DNA of 64,000 nucleotides from Burkholderiales bacterium (GTDB taxonomy: Bacteria > Pseudomonadota > Gammaproteobacteria > Burkholderiales > Ga0077523): contig JAXMFE010000012.1 in NCBI GenBank assembly GCA_046347985.1, positions 35,558 to 99,557 on the forward strand. The letters run 5' to 3'. The notes under the pieces are model-generated. The model was not told the DNA's origin. It saw only the letters and a program-made list of their open reading frames with translations, and made no database searches. This document shows, piece by piece, positions 10,148-21,402 of this stretch; the stretch's first letter is position 1; the number at the start of each line of letters is the position of its first letter. Position numbers and translations under genes: made by a program.

Positions 10148-10507
10148 ATGCCAAGAGTCAAGCGTGGGGTCACCGCACGGGCCCGTCACAAGAAGGTTCT
10201 CGCTCTCGCCAAGGGATTCCGCGGCCGCCGCGGCAACGTGTTCCGCATTGCCAAGGAAGCGGTCATGCGGGCCGGGCAGTATGCCTATCGCGATCGTCGC
10301 AATCGCAAGCGCGATTTCCGCCGGCTGTGGATCGCCCGGATCAACGCTGCATCGCGTGAACTGGGAATGACCTACAGCACGTTCATGAACGGCCTGAAGA
10401 AGGCGGCGGTGGAAGTGGATCGCAAGGTTCTCGCCGATATTGCCGTGTTCGACAAGGCCGGGTTCGAGCGGCTGGTTCAGCAGGCGAAGGCCAGCCTCGG
10501 CCGATAA
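10148..10507 (+). CDS. rplT: 50S ribosomal protein L20
   Basis: 119 aa, [18 protein letters not shown]..., canonical L20. Confidence 0.97.
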   Translation: MPRVKRGVTARARHKKVLALAKGFRGRRGNVFRIAKEAVMRAGQYAYRDRRNRKRDFRRLWIARINAASRELGMTYSTFMNGLKKAAVEVDRKVLADIAVFDKAGFERLVQQAKASLGR

Positions 10508-10525
10508 GCCGGCGCGACGCTGCGG

Positions 10526-10556
10526 AAAAGGAGGCTCCCGGGCCTCCTTTTTTGTT
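10526..10556 (+). terminator. Rho-independent terminator between rplT and pheS
   Basis: AAAA-GGAGGC-tcccgg-GCCTCC-TTTTTTGTTGTT. Perfect 6-bp GC-rich stem followed by a T-run, 19 nt after the rplT stop. Confidence 0.75.
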
Positions 10557-10621
10557 GTTCCGGACCGGGGGCGGCGCGTTGCCGTCGCCGAAGAACGATC
10601 GTGGTGGGTGACGAGGAAGCC

Positions 10622-11620
10622 ATGGAAGATCTCGACAATGTCGTGGGCGAGGCGCAACGCGCTTTCGGCGCCGCGCGAGACGCCGCCGATCTCGAGCAGA
10701 TCAAGGCGAAGTTCCTGGGCAGGACCGGCGTGCTCACCGAGGCACTCAAAGGCCTCGGGAGGCTGGAGCCGGCGCAGCGCAAGGAAGCCGGTGCCCGCAT
10801 CAATGCGGCGAAGGACCGTGTCGAAGCGGCCCTGGCGATGCGCCGCGACGCGCTCGCGCAGGCGGCCCTCGATGCGCGCCTCCAGGAAGAGGCGGTGGAT
10901 GTCACGTTGCCGGGACGTCACCGGGGCGAGGGCAGTCTGCATCCGATCAGCCGTACGTGGGAGCGGGTCGAATCCATCTTCCGGTCCATCGGCTTTGCCG
11001 TCGCGGACGGTCCGGAGATCGAGACCGACTGGTACAACTTCACGGCACTCAACCAGCCCGAGAATCATCCCGCCCGCTCGATGCACGACACGTTCTATGT
11101 CGACGGCGGCTTGCTGCTGCGCACTCACACGAGTCCGATGCAGGTGCGCTATGCCTGCACGCATCAACCGCCGATCAAGGTGATCGCCCCGGGTCGCACG
11201 TACCGTGTCGATTCGGACGCGACGCATTCGCCGATGTTCCACCAGGTCGAAGGGCTGTGGATCGGCGAGAACATCAGCTTCGCCGACCTCAAGGGTGTCT
11301 ACACGGACTTCCTGCGTCGATTCTTCGAGACGGACGACCTGGTCGTGCGCTTCCGCCCCTCGTTCTTCCCGTTCACGGAGCCGTCCGCCGAGATCGACAT
11401 GGCGTTCGCGTCCGGACCGTTGAAGGGCCGCTGGCTGGAGATCTCGGGGTCGGGGCAGGTGCATCCCAGCGTCGTCCGCAATTTCGGTCTGGATCCGGAG
11501 CGCTACATCGGTTTCGCCTTCGGGTCGGGGCTGGAGCGGCTCACGATGCTGCGCTATGGCGTGGACGACCTGCGCCTGTTCTTCGAGGGAGACCTGCGCT
11601 TCCTCCGTCAGTTCGCGTAA
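10622..11620 (+). CDS. pheS: Phenylalanine--tRNA ligase alpha subunit
   Basis: ATG 10622 ([15 protein letters not shown]) fits the PheS N-terminal coiled coil better than GTG 10601. Class II core motifs ([34 protein letters not shown]). Confidence 0.95.
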   Translation: MEDLDNVVGEAQRAFGAARDAADLEQIKAKFLGRTGVLTEALKGLGRLEPAQRKEAGARINAAKDRVEAALAMRRDALAQAALDARLQEEAVDVTLPGRHRGEGSLHPISRTWERVESIFRSIGFAVADGPEIETDWYNFTALNQPENHPARSMHDTFYVDGGLLLRTHTSPMQVRYACTHQPPIKVIAPGRTYRVDSDATHSPMFHQVEGLWIGENISFADLKGVYTDFLRRFFETDDLVVRFRPSFFPFTEPSAEIDMAFASGPLKGRWLEISGSGQVHPSVVRNFGLDPERYIGFAFGSGLERLTMLRYGVDDLRLFFEGDLRFLRQFA

Positions 11621-11629
11621 GGGGCGACC

Positions 11630-14038
11630 ATGCAATTCTCGGAACGTTGGCTGCGGACGCTCGTCGACCCGGCGCTCGACACGGAACGCCTCACGCATCT
11701 GCTCACCATGTCGGGTCTCGAGGTCGAGACCTGCGATCCCGTCGCGCCCCCTTTCGAAGGCGTGGTCGTCGGGCTGATCGTGAGTGCGGAGAAGCATCCC
11801 AACGCGGATCGGCTGAAGGTCTGTCGCGTCGATGTGGGTGACGAGACGTTGAACATCGTCTGCGGTGCCCCGAACGTCGTCGTCGGCATGAAGGCGCCAC
11901 TGGCTCGCGTCGGCGCGCGTCTGACCGGACCGGATGGCGCGTCGATGGATATCCGCCGCGCCAGCATGCGCGGTGTCGAGAGCGAAGGAATGCTGTGTTC
12001 GGCGCGCGAACTCGGGCTGTCCGACGATCACAGCGGACTGCTCGTGCTGGCCGACGAGGCCCCGCTGGGGCGAAACGTGCGGGACGTCCTGGAACTCGAC
12101 GACCATCTCATCACGGTCAAGCTCACACCCAATCGTGCGGACTGCCTCTCGGTGCTCGGCATCGCCCGCGAGGTGGCGGCGCTCACGAACGCACCGTTGC
12201 ATCCGCCGGCGATCCCGCCCGTTCGTGCGGTCAACGAGGCCCGACATCCCGTGCGCATCGAGGATGCCGCCGGCTGCGGGCGATTCACCGGCCGCGTGAT
12301 CCGCAATGTGAATTCCGCGGCGCCGACGCCGGACTGGATGAAGCGCCGCCTCGAGCGGGCCGGGCAGCGCAGCATTTCGGCGCTGGTCGATGTCACGAAC
12401 TACGTGATGCTCGAATTGGGGCGTCCGCTGCACGTCTACGACATCGACAAGTTGCAGGGGCCGATCGGTGTTCGCTTCGGGCGTACCGGCGAGACGCTGG
12501 ATCTGCTGAACGGGCAGACGGTGACGCTCACCCCCGACGTCCTGGCCATCACCGACGACCGTGGCCCCATCGGGCTCGCCGGCATCATGGGCGGTGAGAC
12601 GACCAAGGCGGATCCGCAGACGCGGCACTGCTTTCTCGAATCCGCGTTCTTCTTCCCGGATGCCATCGCCGGCCGTGCGCGGCGATACAACTTCGGCAGC
12701 GATGCGTCGCACCGTTTCGAGCGCGGCGTGGATTTCGCGAACAACGTCGACGGGATCGAGCGCGCCACGGCCCTGATCCTCGAGATCTGCGGCGGCGAAC
12801 CCGGTCCGGTGGTGGATGACGTCGCGAAGCTTCCGGACCGTCTCCCCGTGCGCATGCGGGTGCAGCGCGCGCGCAAGGTGTTGGGCATTCCCGTCGAGGC
12901 AGCGGAGATGGCAGCGATCTTCGAGCGGCTCGGCCTCTCGGCGCAGCAGTCCGGCGAGGGGGAGGACGCGACCTTCGTCGTCACGCCGCCGCCTCATCGC
13001 TTCGATATCGCCATCGAAGAAGATCTCATCGAGGAAGTGGCCCGGGTCTACGGGTTCGAGCGCATTCCCGCGCATCCTCCCGTCGCGCCGGCCGCCATGC
13101 GGACCGACCCCGAGTCGACGCGCTCCCTGCATGCGGTCCGGCATGCGCTTGCGGGACTGGGCTATCACGAGGTGATCCAGTTCAGCTTCGTCGACGAGCG
13201 CTGGGAAGCCGATTTCGCCGGGTGCGAGTCGCCGATCCACGTGCTCAATCCCATCTCGAGCCAGATGTCGGTGATGCGGACCACACTCATCGGCGGACTC
13301 GTCAGCAGCGTCGCCTACAACGCCAATCGCAAGCATCCGCGGGTCCGTGTGTTCGAGGTCGGGCGGGCATTCCTGCGCGAGCCCGATGCCCCCGAGGCTC
13401 CGCTCGAAGTCGCGGGCATCCGTCAGCCCATCCGGGTCGCCGGAGCCGCGTTCGGCGCTGCGGCGGCCGAGCAGTGGGGCGAAGCGAAACGCGCCGTGGA
13501 CTTCTTCGACGTGAAAGGCGACGTCGAAGCGCTCCTCGCGCCCGTGACGGCGACGTTCGAGCGGATCAGCCACCCTGCACTGCATCCCGGACGCGCGGCG
13601 AAGATCGTCGTCCAGGGAAAGGACGTGGGTCTGGTCGGCGAACTGCATCCGCGCTGGCAGCAGAAATACGAACTACCGGGGCCGGTGATGCTCTTCGAGA
13701 TCGATGCGGTCGCGCTCACCGGCGTCGGCGTCCCGGCCTACCGGGAGGTGTCCCGGCAGCCGGTCGTCCGGCGCGATATCGCGGTCCTCGTGGACGAGTC
13801 CATCCCGGCCGGAACGATGCTGGAAGCCCTCCGTGACGGCCTCCCCGACATCGTCGAAAACGTCGAGGTTTTTGACGTATATCGCGGAAAAGGCGTGGAA
13901 ATTGGGAAGCGCAGTCTTGCGTTCCGGGTACTAATGCAAGATACTCGACGGACGCTTACGGATGCCGAGGCCGATGCAGTAGTCGCCTCCGCCGTGGCGA
14001 TTCTGCAGCAGCGCTTCGGCGGCACTCTCAGGATGTGA
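11630..14038 (+). CDS. pheT: Phenylalanine--tRNA ligase beta subunit
   Basis: 802 aa, [14 protein letters not shown]..., with tRNA-binding, B3/4, B5 and FDX-ACB regions in order. Confidence 0.97.
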   Translation: MQFSERWLRTLVDPALDTERLTHLLTMSGLEVETCDPVAPPFEGVVVGLIVSAEKHPNADRLKVCRVDVGDETLNIVCGAPNVVVGMKAPLARVGARLTGPDGASMDIRRASMRGVESEGMLCSARELGLSDDHSGLLVLADEAPLGRNVRDVLELDDHLITVKLTPNRADCLSVLGIAREVAALTNAPLHPPAIPPVRAVNEARHPVRIEDAAGCGRFTGRVIRNVNSAAPTPDWMKRRLERAGQRSISALVDVTNYVMLELGRPLHVYDIDKLQGPIGVRFGRTGETLDLLNGQTVTLTPDVLAITDDRGPIGLAGIMGGETTKADPQTRHCFLESAFFFPDAIAGRARRYNFGSDASHRFERGVDFANNVDGIERATALILEICGGEPGPVVDDVAKLPDRLPVRMRVQRARKVLGIPVEAAEMAAIFERLGLSAQQSGEGEDATFVVTPPPHRFDIAIEEDLIEEVARVYGFERIPAHPPVAPAAMRTDPESTRSLHAVRHALAGLGYHEVIQFSFVDERWEADFAGCESPIHVLNPISSQMSVMRTTLIGGLVSSVAYNANRKHPRVRVFEVGRAFLREPDAPEAPLEVAGIRQPIRVAGAAFGAAAAEQWGEAKRAVDFFDVKGDVEALLAPVTATFERISHPALHPGRAAKIVVQGKDVGLVGELHPRWQQKYELPGPVMLFEIDAVALTGVGVPAYREVSRQPVVRRDIAVLVDESIPAGTMLEALRDGLPDIVENVEVFDVYRGKGVEIGKRSLAFRVLMQDTRRTLTDAEADAVVASAVAILQQRFGGTLRM

Positions 14039-14048
14039 AGGCACTGAC

Positions 14049-14351
14049 ATGACCCTGACCAAGGCGGAATTGGCGGATCTGTTGTTCGAGAAGGTCGGGC
14101 TCAACAAGCGTGAAGCCAAGGACATGGTGGAGCGCTTCTTCGAGGAAGTGCGTGTGGCGCTCGAGAACGGCGAAGGCGTCAAGCTCTCGGGTTTCGGCAA
14201 CTTCCAGTTGCGCGACAAGCCGCAGCGCCCCGGGCGCAATCCCAAGACCGGCGAAGAGATTCCGATCACGGCGCGCCGGGTCGTGACTTTCCATGCGAGC
14301 CAGAAGCTGAAGGCCATGGTGGAAAAGAACTACCATGGAAACGCCGAATAA
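14049..14351 (+). CDS. ihfA: Integration host factor subunit alpha
   Basis: 100 aa, [28 protein letters not shown]...[12 protein letters not shown], canonical IHF-alpha. Position after pheT is conserved. Confidence 0.95.
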   Translation: MTLTKAELADLLFEKVGLNKREAKDMVERFFEEVRVALENGEGVKLSGFGNFQLRDKPQRPGRNPKTGEEIPITARRVVTFHASQKLKAMVEKNYHGNAE

Positions 14352-14730
14352 CGACGCCAAGACGCCGCTTCCGCCGATCCCCGCCAAGCGGTATTTCACG
14401 ATCGGCGAAGTGAGCGAGTTGTGCGGAGTCAAGCCGCACGTGCTCCGGTACTGGGAGCAGGAATTCACCCAGCTGAAACCGGTGAAGCGTCGCGGCAACC
14501 GTCGCTACTACCAGCACCACGAAGTCCTCCTCATCCGTCGCATCCGTGAACTCCTCTACGAAGAAGGCTTCACCATCAGCGGTGCTCGCCATCGTCTGGC
14601 CCAGAACTTCGAGGATTCCCAGGGGGCATCGCCCCGTGCGGCACCCGCCGAGTCGGCACCTGCCGAGGAAGATCCTCTCGGCACGCTGCGATCCGAGATC
14701 AGCGCCGTCATCGAATTGCTGACGCTCTAG
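14335..14730 (+). CDS. MerR-family HTH transcriptional regulator
   Basis: 131 aa with the N-terminal Mer[29 protein letters not shown]. Overlaps the ihfA end by 17 nt. This pairing with ihfA is common in beta/gamma-proteobacteria. Confidence 0.8.
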   Translation: METPNNDAKTPLPPIPAKRYFTIGEVSELCGVKPHVLRYWEQEFTQLKPVKRRGNRRYYQHHEVLLIRRIRELLYEEGFTISGARHRLAQNFEDSQGASPRAAPAESAPAEEDPLGTLRSEISAVIELLTL

Positions 14731-14869
14731 CGACCGTTCGCGGCGATCGCGGCGAAAGATGCCGCCGCTGGCTTCGATCGCGCATCCCTCCGTGTTTCCA
14801 CTTGATCTCGTTGTGTGTCCCGCGCTCGCGATCGTCACGCGCGATCGTTCCTGAACGCGGTCGATTTCA

Positions 14870-14899
14870 TTGCTGGGGAAGTGGCGCCTCCGATATACT
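14870..14899 (+). promoter_or_regulatory. Candidate sigma70 promoter for tRNA-Pro
   Basis: TTGCTG (14870-14875), 18-nt spacer, TATACT (14894-14899). The predicted start lies a few nt before the tRNA 5' end at 14909. Confidence 0.35.
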
Positions 14900-14908
14900 T
14901 CAACCCTT

Positions 14909-14985
<77 letters not shown>

Positions 14986-15075
14986 GGATTCAATCGATGT
15001 GCGGTGAACACACGGAGGCGACGCGGGTGCAGTGTGTCGTTCACTCGGTCCGGCGCCGTCCCGCATAGCCTCAGC

Positions 15076-15819
15076 ATGCGGATTCTTCTCAGCAACGACG
15101 ACGGCTACTTCGCCCCCGGTCTTCAGGCTCTGGCCGAAGCGCTGGGCCCTCTCGCAGAAGTCACGGTCGTCGCCCCCGAGCGCGATCGCTCCGGCGCCAG
15201 CAACTCTCTCACGCTCGATCGCCCCCTGTTCGTCCGCCGCTCTCCGCTCGGCTACCTGTACGTCAACGGTACGCCGACCGACTGCGTCCACCTCGCCGTC
15301 ACGGGGCTTCTGGACGGATTGCCCGACATGGTCGTGTCCGGCATCAATCACGGCGCGAACATGGGGGATGACACGATCTACTCCGGCACGGTCGCCGCCG
15401 CCACCGAAGGTTTTCTGCTGGGCATTCCCGCGATCGCGATGTCGCTGGCAAGTCGCCAGAGCGAGCATTTCGCCACGGCCGGGCGCGTCGCCGCCGATCT
15501 CGTGCGCCGGTATCTCGATCGGCCCTGGACGCAGCCGACGCTCCTCAATGTCAACGTCCCGGATCGCCCGTACGGCGACCTGGCAGGTATCGTCGTGACA
15601 CGCCTGGGCAAGCGCCACAAGGCCGAACCCGTGATCCGGTCGCAGAATCCCCGCGGGGATACGGTGTACTGGGTGGGCGCCGCCGGCGGAGCGGCCGACG
15701 CGGGGCCCGGCACCGATTTCCATGCGGTGGCGTCCGGGCATGTGTCCGTCACGCCCCTGCAGATGGATCTCACGCACTTCGACCAGCTCGATGGCATGCG
15801 AGACTGGGTCGGTCCCTGA
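15076..15819 (+). CDS. surE: 5'/3'-nucleotidase SurE
   Basis: Start re-picked to ATG 15076 ([15 protein letters not shown], the SurE signature). The listed ORF start at 14941 lies inside the tRNA. Confidence 0.95.
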   Translation: MRILLSNDDGYFAPGLQALAEALGPLAEVTVVAPERDRSGASNSLTLDRPLFVRRSPLGYLYVNGTPTDCVHLAVTGLLDGLPDMVVSGINHGANMGDDTIYSGTVAAATEGFLLGIPAIAMSLASRQSEHFATAGRVAADLVRRYLDRPWTQPTLLNVNVPDRPYGDLAGIVVTRLGKRHKAEPVIRSQNPRGDTVYWVGAAGGAADAGPGTDFHAVASGHVSVTPLQMDLTHFDQLDGMRDWVGP

Positions 15820-15838
15820 CTCACGGCGCACGCGGTCC

Positions 15839-16498
15839 ATGGACTCCCGGCATCTCGGCATCGGCATGACCTCGCAGCGCACCCGAATGCGCATGGTCGA
15901 GCGTCTGCGCGAGCAGGGCATTCGCGACGAGACCGTGCTCGCTGCGATGGCGGAAGTGCCGCGGCACATCTTCGTCGACGAAGCACTGGCGAGCCGTGCC
16001 TACGAGGATCTCGCCTTGCCGATCGGATTCGGTCAGACGATCTCGGCCCCGCTCACCGTCGCGCGAATGCTGGAGTTGGCGCGGAACGGGCGCGCGCTGG
16101 GTCGGGTGCTCGAGATCGGGACCGGCTGCGGCTACCAGGCCGCCGTGCTGTCCCGCATCGCGCGTGAAGTCGCTTCCGTGGAGCGGATCTCGTCGCTGTT
16201 GGGCCGTGCGCGGCGCGGGCTGCGCGAGTTGCGCGCCACCAACGTCAAGCTGAAGCACGCGGATGGTCAGATCGGACTGGCCGAGGCGGCGCCGTTCGAT
16301 GCGATCGTGATGGCCGCGGCGGCGCCGGCCATCCCCGAGGCGCTGACGGCACAACTCGACCTCGGGGGCCGGCTGGTCCTTCCTCTCGGCACGAAGGAGC
16401 AACGGCTCGTCGTGATCGAGCGGACCGAGAACGCGCTGGTGGAGACGTTGCTCGAGCCGGTGAACTTCGTGCCGTTGCTCGCCGGAACGCGCGTATGA
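15839..16498 (+). CDS. pcm: Protein-L-isoaspartate O-methyltransferase
   Basis: Motifs [27 protein letters not shown] and the SAM-binding [16 protein letters not shown] 15839 is chosen as the first start after the surE stop; ATG 15866 (MTSQRT) is an equally plausible alternative. Confidence 0.9.
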   Translation: MDSRHLGIGMTSQRTRMRMVERLREQGIRDETVLAAMAEVPRHIFVDEALASRAYEDLALPIGFGQTISAPLTVARMLELARNGRALGRVLEIGTGCGYQAAVLSRIAREVASVERISSLLGRARRGLRELRATNVKLKHADGQIGLAEAAPFDAIVMAAAAPAIPEALTAQLDLGGRLVLPLGTKEQRLVVIERTENALVETLLEPVNFVPLLAGTRV

Positions 16499-17484
16499 CC
16501 ATTTCCCGCGGTGTTTCCGTGACGCTGGCCGTGGTGGTGGCGGCAGCGATATCGGCGGGTTGCAGCTTCACCGACGAACAACCGGTGGCCGGTGCCGGCA
16601 AGCCCGCGGCAAAGGTGAAATCGACCGTGCCCCGGCGCAAGGGCGACGAACGTCCCGACGCCTACGTGGTGCGGTCCGGCGACACCCTGTTCGGCATCGC
16701 GTTGGACTTCGGCCTCGACTACCGCGAACTCGCGAGATGGAACGGGCTGCAGGATCCCGACCGCATTCTCGTCGGACGACAACTGCGGTTGATTCCGCCG
16801 TCGGGTGATGCCGTGGAGCCGGCGACGGTGAAGCCGCTCGGCAAGGGACAGGAGGCCGTCGTCGAGTCGCTCGGCCATGCCGGCGAATCCCCGGCGCCGT
16901 CGTCCCGCACCTTGCCGGACGGCAGGCAGATCCCGATCCTGTCCGAGCCGGCCGCGCTCACCGTCGACTACTCGGACGCCGAGTGGTCGCGACTCGGCGG
17001 CGCTCCGCTGGCGGGCCTGAACGACAAGGCCGTTGCGGCGGCGTCGGCAGGCAGGCGTGACAAGGACAAGCCGGCGAAACCGCCGGAGAAGGACAACGCG
17101 CCCGACGACGATGCCATCGAGTGGGCATGGCCGACGAAGGGCGACGTGCTCTACCGTTTCGGCGAACCCGGTCGACCCAAGGGCATCGGCATCGGCGGCA
17201 AGGCCGGGCAGCCCGTTCAGGCCGCGGCGGACGGCAAAGTGGTCTACAGCGGGACGGGTCTGCGGGGATACGGAAAGCTCGTCATCATCAAGCACAACGA
17301 GACCTACCTCTCCGTCTACGCACACAACCAGTCGGTCCTGGTGAAGGAGGGCGACCTCGCCAAGCGCGGCCAGAAGATCGCCGAGATGGGCGACACCGAC
17401 GCGACCCGCGTGGCCCTTCACTTCGAGGTCCGGCGTTTCGGACAGCCGGTCGATCCGCTCACCCGGATCGGGAGTCCGCGGTAG
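16495..17484 (+). CDS. nlpD: LysM-domain / M23 peptidase-domain lipoprotein (NlpD-like)
   Basis: Lipobox AAISAGC. LysM region ([29 protein letters not shown]). C-terminal M23 fold ([24 protein letters not shown]...LHFEVR). ATGA overlap with pcm. Part of the canonical surE-pcm-nlpD order. Confidence 0.85.
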   Translation: MTISRGVSVTLAVVVAAAISAGCSFTDEQPVAGAGKPAAKVKSTVPRRKGDERPDAYVVRSGDTLFGIALDFGLDYRELARWNGLQDPDRILVGRQLRLIPPSGDAVEPATVKPLGKGQEAVVESLGHAGESPAPSSRTLPDGRQIPILSEPAALTVDYSDAEWSRLGGAPLAGLNDKAVAAASAGRRDKDKPAKPPEKDNAPDDDAIEWAWPTKGDVLYRFGEPGRPKGIGIGGKAGQPVQAAADGKVVYSGTGLRGYGKLVIIKHNETYLSVYAHNQSVLVKEGDLAKRGQKIAEMGDTDATRVALHFEVRRFGQPVDPLTRIGSPR

Positions 17485-17517
17485 GAGTCTCTCCGGGGCG
17501 ACTCGTCTCCCGGCGCG

Positions 17518-19527
17518 TCAATCGAAGCGCAGCGTCCGCACGGCGCGTCTCAAATCCCCGAGTGTCGTGGTGTCCGATCCGAGTCCGTAGCGGAGCTTCG
17601 TGTACAGACGCCCGATGGTCCGGATCTGCGCGGCCTGGGCGGGCAGTGCCTTGGCCACCCGATCGATGTAGTCGACCGGACCTTCGCTCGGCAGGCGGGA
17701 CAGGCCGCGCTTGCCCAGCTTCGCGGAGAGCCGGTTCCACACCGTCAGGACCGGATCGCGCTCCGGGTGGACGTGTCGCCGCAGCGTGAAGATCGCCAGC
17801 AGCGCGACCACGGCCAGCGTCACACCGATCAGTGCGACCGCGATGCTTCGCCACGAGATGCCGGGTCCCATGAGCTGCGACATGATCCGCATCTGCCGGT
17901 CCGCCGTGTATCCCAGCACCCACTGATTCCAGCCGTTGGTGATTGCGTCCAGCGCAAAGCGGGTCCGTTTCAGCCACGCATTGTCGGTGCGCATGAGCAG
18001 CGGCAGCGGGTCGTTGGCGGGAAGCGCGGCGGCCACACCGGATTCGATGCGCATCGGCGACACCGCCGCCGTCGGATCGACGCGGACCCAGCCGCGCGCC
18101 GGCAGCCACACTTCGGCCCACGCATGGGCATCGGCCTGCCGCACGATGAGGTAGTCGCCCATCGGATTCTCGACGCCGCCCTGGTAGCCGGTGACCACGC
18201 GCGCCGGGACACCGGCGGCGCGCATCAGCACCACGAAACTCGACGCGAAATGTTCGCAGAAGCCCCGCCGCGTCGAGAACAGGAACTCGTCGACGCTGTG
18301 CGCCCCGAGCTCCGGCGGGACGAGGGTGTAGAAGAAGGGCTCCTCGCGGAACAGCGCCAGCGCGCGCTGCACGATGCGCTCGGGGTCGGCGGATTGTTCG
18401 CGCCATGCCGCCGCCAGTTGTCGCGTGCGGGGATTGAAGCCATCCGGCAGCTGCGTCGCGCGCAGCAACGCACTCGAGGTCTCCCGGACGCCGGAGCGCG
18501 ACTCGAGGTAGGAACTCATCTCGTAGCGGATGCGTGATCGGACCGGCCGGATCGCCAGCACCTGGGAATCGCTCGTGATGATCCCCGATTCGGGACGCGT
18601 CGCGGGGATGTCGATCGCGAACATCCACCGCATGTTGTGGGGTTCGAGCGTCACGGTGTAGCGGATGGGCGGACCTTCTCCACGCACGTCCCGCAGGAAT
18701 GCCGGTCGGTCCTCGCCCGCGCGCCACGTTCTCCCGTCGAAGTCCCACATCACCGGCCCCCGCCAATACAGGCGTGACGCCGCCGGCGGCGGCGTGCTGA
18801 ACTCCACTCGGAACGCGACCGCGTCCGACAGGCTGAGACTGGACAGGCTGCCCGGAGACATCTCGTCGGAGAGTCCCGACACACCACCGCCGACGGCCTG
18901 CGGCAGGGCCCAGAGCGGGCCCTGGATGCGCGGGAAGAACAGGAAGAACACGAGCATCAGCGGCGTCGCCTGAGCCAGCAACAGGGCCGATTGCTTCAGG
19001 ATCTGCCGGATCGGACGGGGCTTCGCGTGCCGGTGCATGCCGATCAGATAGGCCGTGATGAGCCAGACGCAGCCGACGAGATACGCGCCCATCGCGATGG
19101 TCTGGTTGTAGAGGAAATTGGTGATGACCGCGAAATAGGCGAGCAGCACGACCACCAGCGCGTCGCGCGCGGTCTTCAGCTCCATGAGCTTGAGGCAGAG
19201 CATCAGGATCAGCAGCGCCACGGCGGCGTCCCGGCCGAACAGCAGCCCGTACGAGATCCAGGTGCCGGCGGCAGCGGCCAGCGCCAGCAGGGCAAGAATC
19301 CATTTGCTCGGCAGTCCGTAGCCCCGCCAGGCGAAGCCGGCGCGCAGCAGCATGACGAATGCCGCCAAGGTCGCAATCCAGAGCGGGACGTGGGCCGCAT
19401 GCGGCGCCACCACGAGACCGAGACAGCCCACGAGCGAAACGACGCGTCCGGTCGACAGTTGTGCGTCCTCCGGTCCGAGGGCGCCGGCGTCGCCGGTGAC
19501 CCGGGGTCGAGTGCGGCGGCCGATCAA
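17518..19527 (-). CDS. tgpA: Transglutaminase-like membrane protein (TgpA-like: N-terminal polytopic domain plus transglutaminase core)
   Basis: Transglutaminase core RRGFCEHFASSFVVLMRAAGVPARVVTGYQGG...ADAHAWAEVW, with multiple N-terminal TM helices. The start is proposed at TTG 19527, overlapping the DUF58 stop (TTGA), which gives 669 aa. The listed 737-aa ORF start would run into the upstream gene. Confidence 0.85.
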   Translation of the reverse strand: MIGRRTRPRVTGDAGALGPEDAQLSTGRVVSLVGCLGLVVAPHAAHVPLWIATLAAFVMLLRAGFAWRGYGLPSKWILALLALAAAAGTWISYGLLFGRDAAVALLILMLCLKLMELKTARDALVVVLLAYFAVITNFLYNQTIAMGAYLVGCVWLITAYLIGMHRHAKPRPIRQILKQSALLLAQATPLMLVFFLFFPRIQGPLWALPQAVGGGVSGLSDEMSPGSLSSLSLSDAVAFRVEFSTPPPAASRLYWRGPVMWDFDGRTWRAGEDRPAFLRDVRGEGPPIRYTVTLEPHNMRWMFAIDIPATRPESGIITSDSQVLAIRPVRSRIRYEMSSYLESRSGVRETSSALLRATQLPDGFNPRTRQLAAAWREQSADPERIVQRALALFREEPFFYTLVPPELGAHSVDEFLFSTRRGFCEHFASSFVVLMRAAGVPARVVTGYQGGVENPMGDYLIVRQADAHAWAEVWLPARGWVRVDPTAAVSPMRIESGVAAALPANDPLPLLMRTDNAWLKRTRFALDAITNGWNQWVLGYTADRQMRIMSQLMGPGISWRSIAVALIGVTLAVVALLAIFTLRRHVHPERDPVLTVWNRLSAKLGKRGLSRLPSEGPVDYIDRVAKALPAQAAQIRTIGRLYTKLRYGLGSDTTTLGDLRRAVRTLRFD

Positions 19528-20471
19528 GTGGCGTCCTCGAGTCCGTACGTGGCGAGGGATTCCAGGCACCGGTCGCGATGAGCCTGACCCTGCGACACCG
19601 GAATCTCGATGGCCGGGAGGCGCAGGCCGTAGGCGATGCCCGTGCCCTCCATCTGCAGCACCCAGGAGGTCAGCCGAGACAGTCGTTGTTCGATGCCGAA
19701 ATCGCGCGGGCAGTCCTGCCAGTCGAGCCACAGTTCACGGGCGCCGGCGCCGCCGGCGAACTCCTTGGTCGCCGGCTCGCCGCGGCGGGCGAGGACCTTC
19801 CAGGCGATGCGTCGCGGCGAATCGCCCCGGCGGTAGTTCCGGAGACCGTCGAAGTCCTCGTCTCCGCCCGCCGGCGCAGCGCCGGTGCCGGGGATGGCGA
19901 GTGCGTCCGGCAGCGGGATCGCGCCTTTCTCCGGACGGGGATAGGCGAGCAGCGACGCAGGAAGGCGGACGTAGCTCCAGGCCCGGAACAGTCCCACCGG
20001 GTAGGTGGTGACCACCAGGATCTTGCCCGGGGTCAGTCGGCCCCGACGCGGCGCCAGCAATTCGACGTGCGTCCCGACCACATCGTCGGCCGGCACGTCG
20101 ACATGATGATAGGGCCCGATCCCGCAGCGCGTGCCGATCGCGGAACGGGCCAGCCCCGACGGATTGCGCAGGAACAGGTGAAAGCGGGCCGGCTCGCCGG
20201 CAAAGACGTTCTCCTGCCGCCCCACGGCCACCTCGAGTCCGGCGAGATTGCGCCAGGTGTGCAGCATCGCGACGACCAGCAGTCCCGTGAGCAGGAAGGT
20301 CAGCACGTACCCGAGGGACAGGTTGTAGTTGATCGACCCGATCAGCATCAGGAACAGCGTCACGCCGAACATCGTGCCCTGGCGGGTGGGCAGGATGAAG
20401 ACCCGGCGCTGGGTGAGCCGGACGGACGCGGCGTCGGGCGGCGTCACCGTGCCGGCTGTCATGGGGACCAT
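19524..20471 (-). CDS. DUF58-family protein (MoxR-associated, vWA-like)
   Basis: 315 aa with two N-terminal TM helices and the DUF58 core (EDFDGLRNYRRGDSPRRIAWK). Located between moxR and tgpA, as in known MoxR operons. Confidence 0.85.
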   Translation of the reverse strand: MVPMTAGTVTPPDAASVRLTQRRVFILPTRQGTMFGVTLFLMLIGSINYNLSLGYVLTFLLTGLLVVAMLHTWRNLAGLEVAVGRQENVFAGEPARFHLFLRNPSGLARSAIGTRCGIGPYHHVDVPADDVVGTHVELLAPRRGRLTPGKILVVTTYPVGLFRAWSYVRLPASLLAYPRPEKGAIPLPDALAIPGTGAAPAGGDEDFDGLRNYRRGDSPRRIAWKVLARRGEPATKEFAGGAGARELWLDWQDCPRDFGIEQRLSRLTSWVLQMEGTGIAYGLRLPAIEIPVSQGQAHRDRCLESLATYGLEDAT

Positions 20472-20484
20472 CCGCGGCGAGGGC

Positions 20485-21402
20485 TCAGGGAACGGCGACG
20501 GCGGCCAGCACCCGCTGGGCCGTATCGTCGCCGTGCGACGCGGCGATGCCGCCTGTCGTCAGCAGCCGGTGGCCGGCGACGCTCGGGAACACCGCCTGGA
20601 TGTCCTCGGGCAGCACCGCATTGCGCCCTTCCATGAATGCCCAGGCGCGAGCGGCATTGAGCAGTGCCAGCCCGGCACGAGGACTGAGGCCGACGGTGAA
20701 GTCCGCAGATCGCCGGGTGTGACCGAGCAGGGCCTGCACGTAGTCGAGCAGGGGCGGCGCGACGTGGATCTCACGCACGCGCTGCTGCAAGGTCAGGAGC
20801 CCCTTCGGGTCGATGGCCGGCGCGAGACTCGCGATCAGGGTGCGCCGTTCGTCGCCCGCGAGCAGGGCCCGCTCGGCCACGGCGTCCGGGTAGCCGAGGC
20901 GGATCCGCATCAGGAACCGGTCCAGCTGCGATTCGGGCAGCGGAAAGGTCCCCACCTGGTGCGACGGATTCTGCGTCGCGATCACGAAGAACGGTTCCGG
21001 CAATCGCCGCGTGTGCCCCTCGAGCGTGACCTGCTGTTCCTCCATGGCCTCGAGCAGCGCGCTCTGTGCCTTCGGTGTCGCGCGATTCACCTCGTCGGCC
21101 AGCACCACCTGCGAGAAGACCGGTCCGGGATGGAATTCGAAGCCGCCCGTCTCCCGGTTGAACACCGACATGCCGAGGACATCGGCGGGCAGCAGGTCGG
21201 CGGTGAACTGGATCCGCTGGAACTCGAGACCCAGGACGCGGGCGAGCGCGTGAGCGAGGGTCGTCTTGCCGACGCCGGGCAGGTCTTCGATCAGCAGGTG
21301 ACCGCGGGCGAGCAGGCAGGCGAGGGTCAGGCGCAACTGGTGGGGTTTGCCCAGCACGATGGTGCCGAGCGCGTCGAGAATGGACTGGACGAGGGCTGTC
21401 AT
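20485..21402 (-). CDS. MoxR-family AAA+ ATPase
   Basis: 305 aa. Walker A LIEDLPGVGKTTLA, Walker B VVLADEVNRATP, MoxR-type C-terminus. Confidence 0.92.
   Translation of the reverse strand: MTALVQSILDALGTIVLGKPHQLRLTLACLLARGHLLIEDLPGVGKTTLAHALARVLGLEFQRIQFTADLLPADVLGMSVFNRETGGFEFHPGPVFSQVVLADEVNRATPKAQSALLEAMEEQQVTLEGHTRRLPEPFFVIATQNPSHQVGTFPLPESQLDRFLMRIRLGYPDAVAERALLAGDERRTLIASLAPAIDPKGLLTLQQRVREIHVAPPLLDYVQALLGHTRRSADFTVGLSPRAGLALLNAARAWAFMEGRNAVLPEDIQAVFPSVAGHRLLTTGGIAASHGDDTAQRVLAAVAVP

Noticed and set aside
9776-13648. 1290-aa ORF on the minus strand, the longest in the window
   Set aside because: It is entirely antisense to infC-rpmI-rplT-pheS-pheT, which are unambiguous. Its composition is Arg/Gly/Ala/His-rich and low-complexity, typical of stop-free antisense frames in high-GC DNA.
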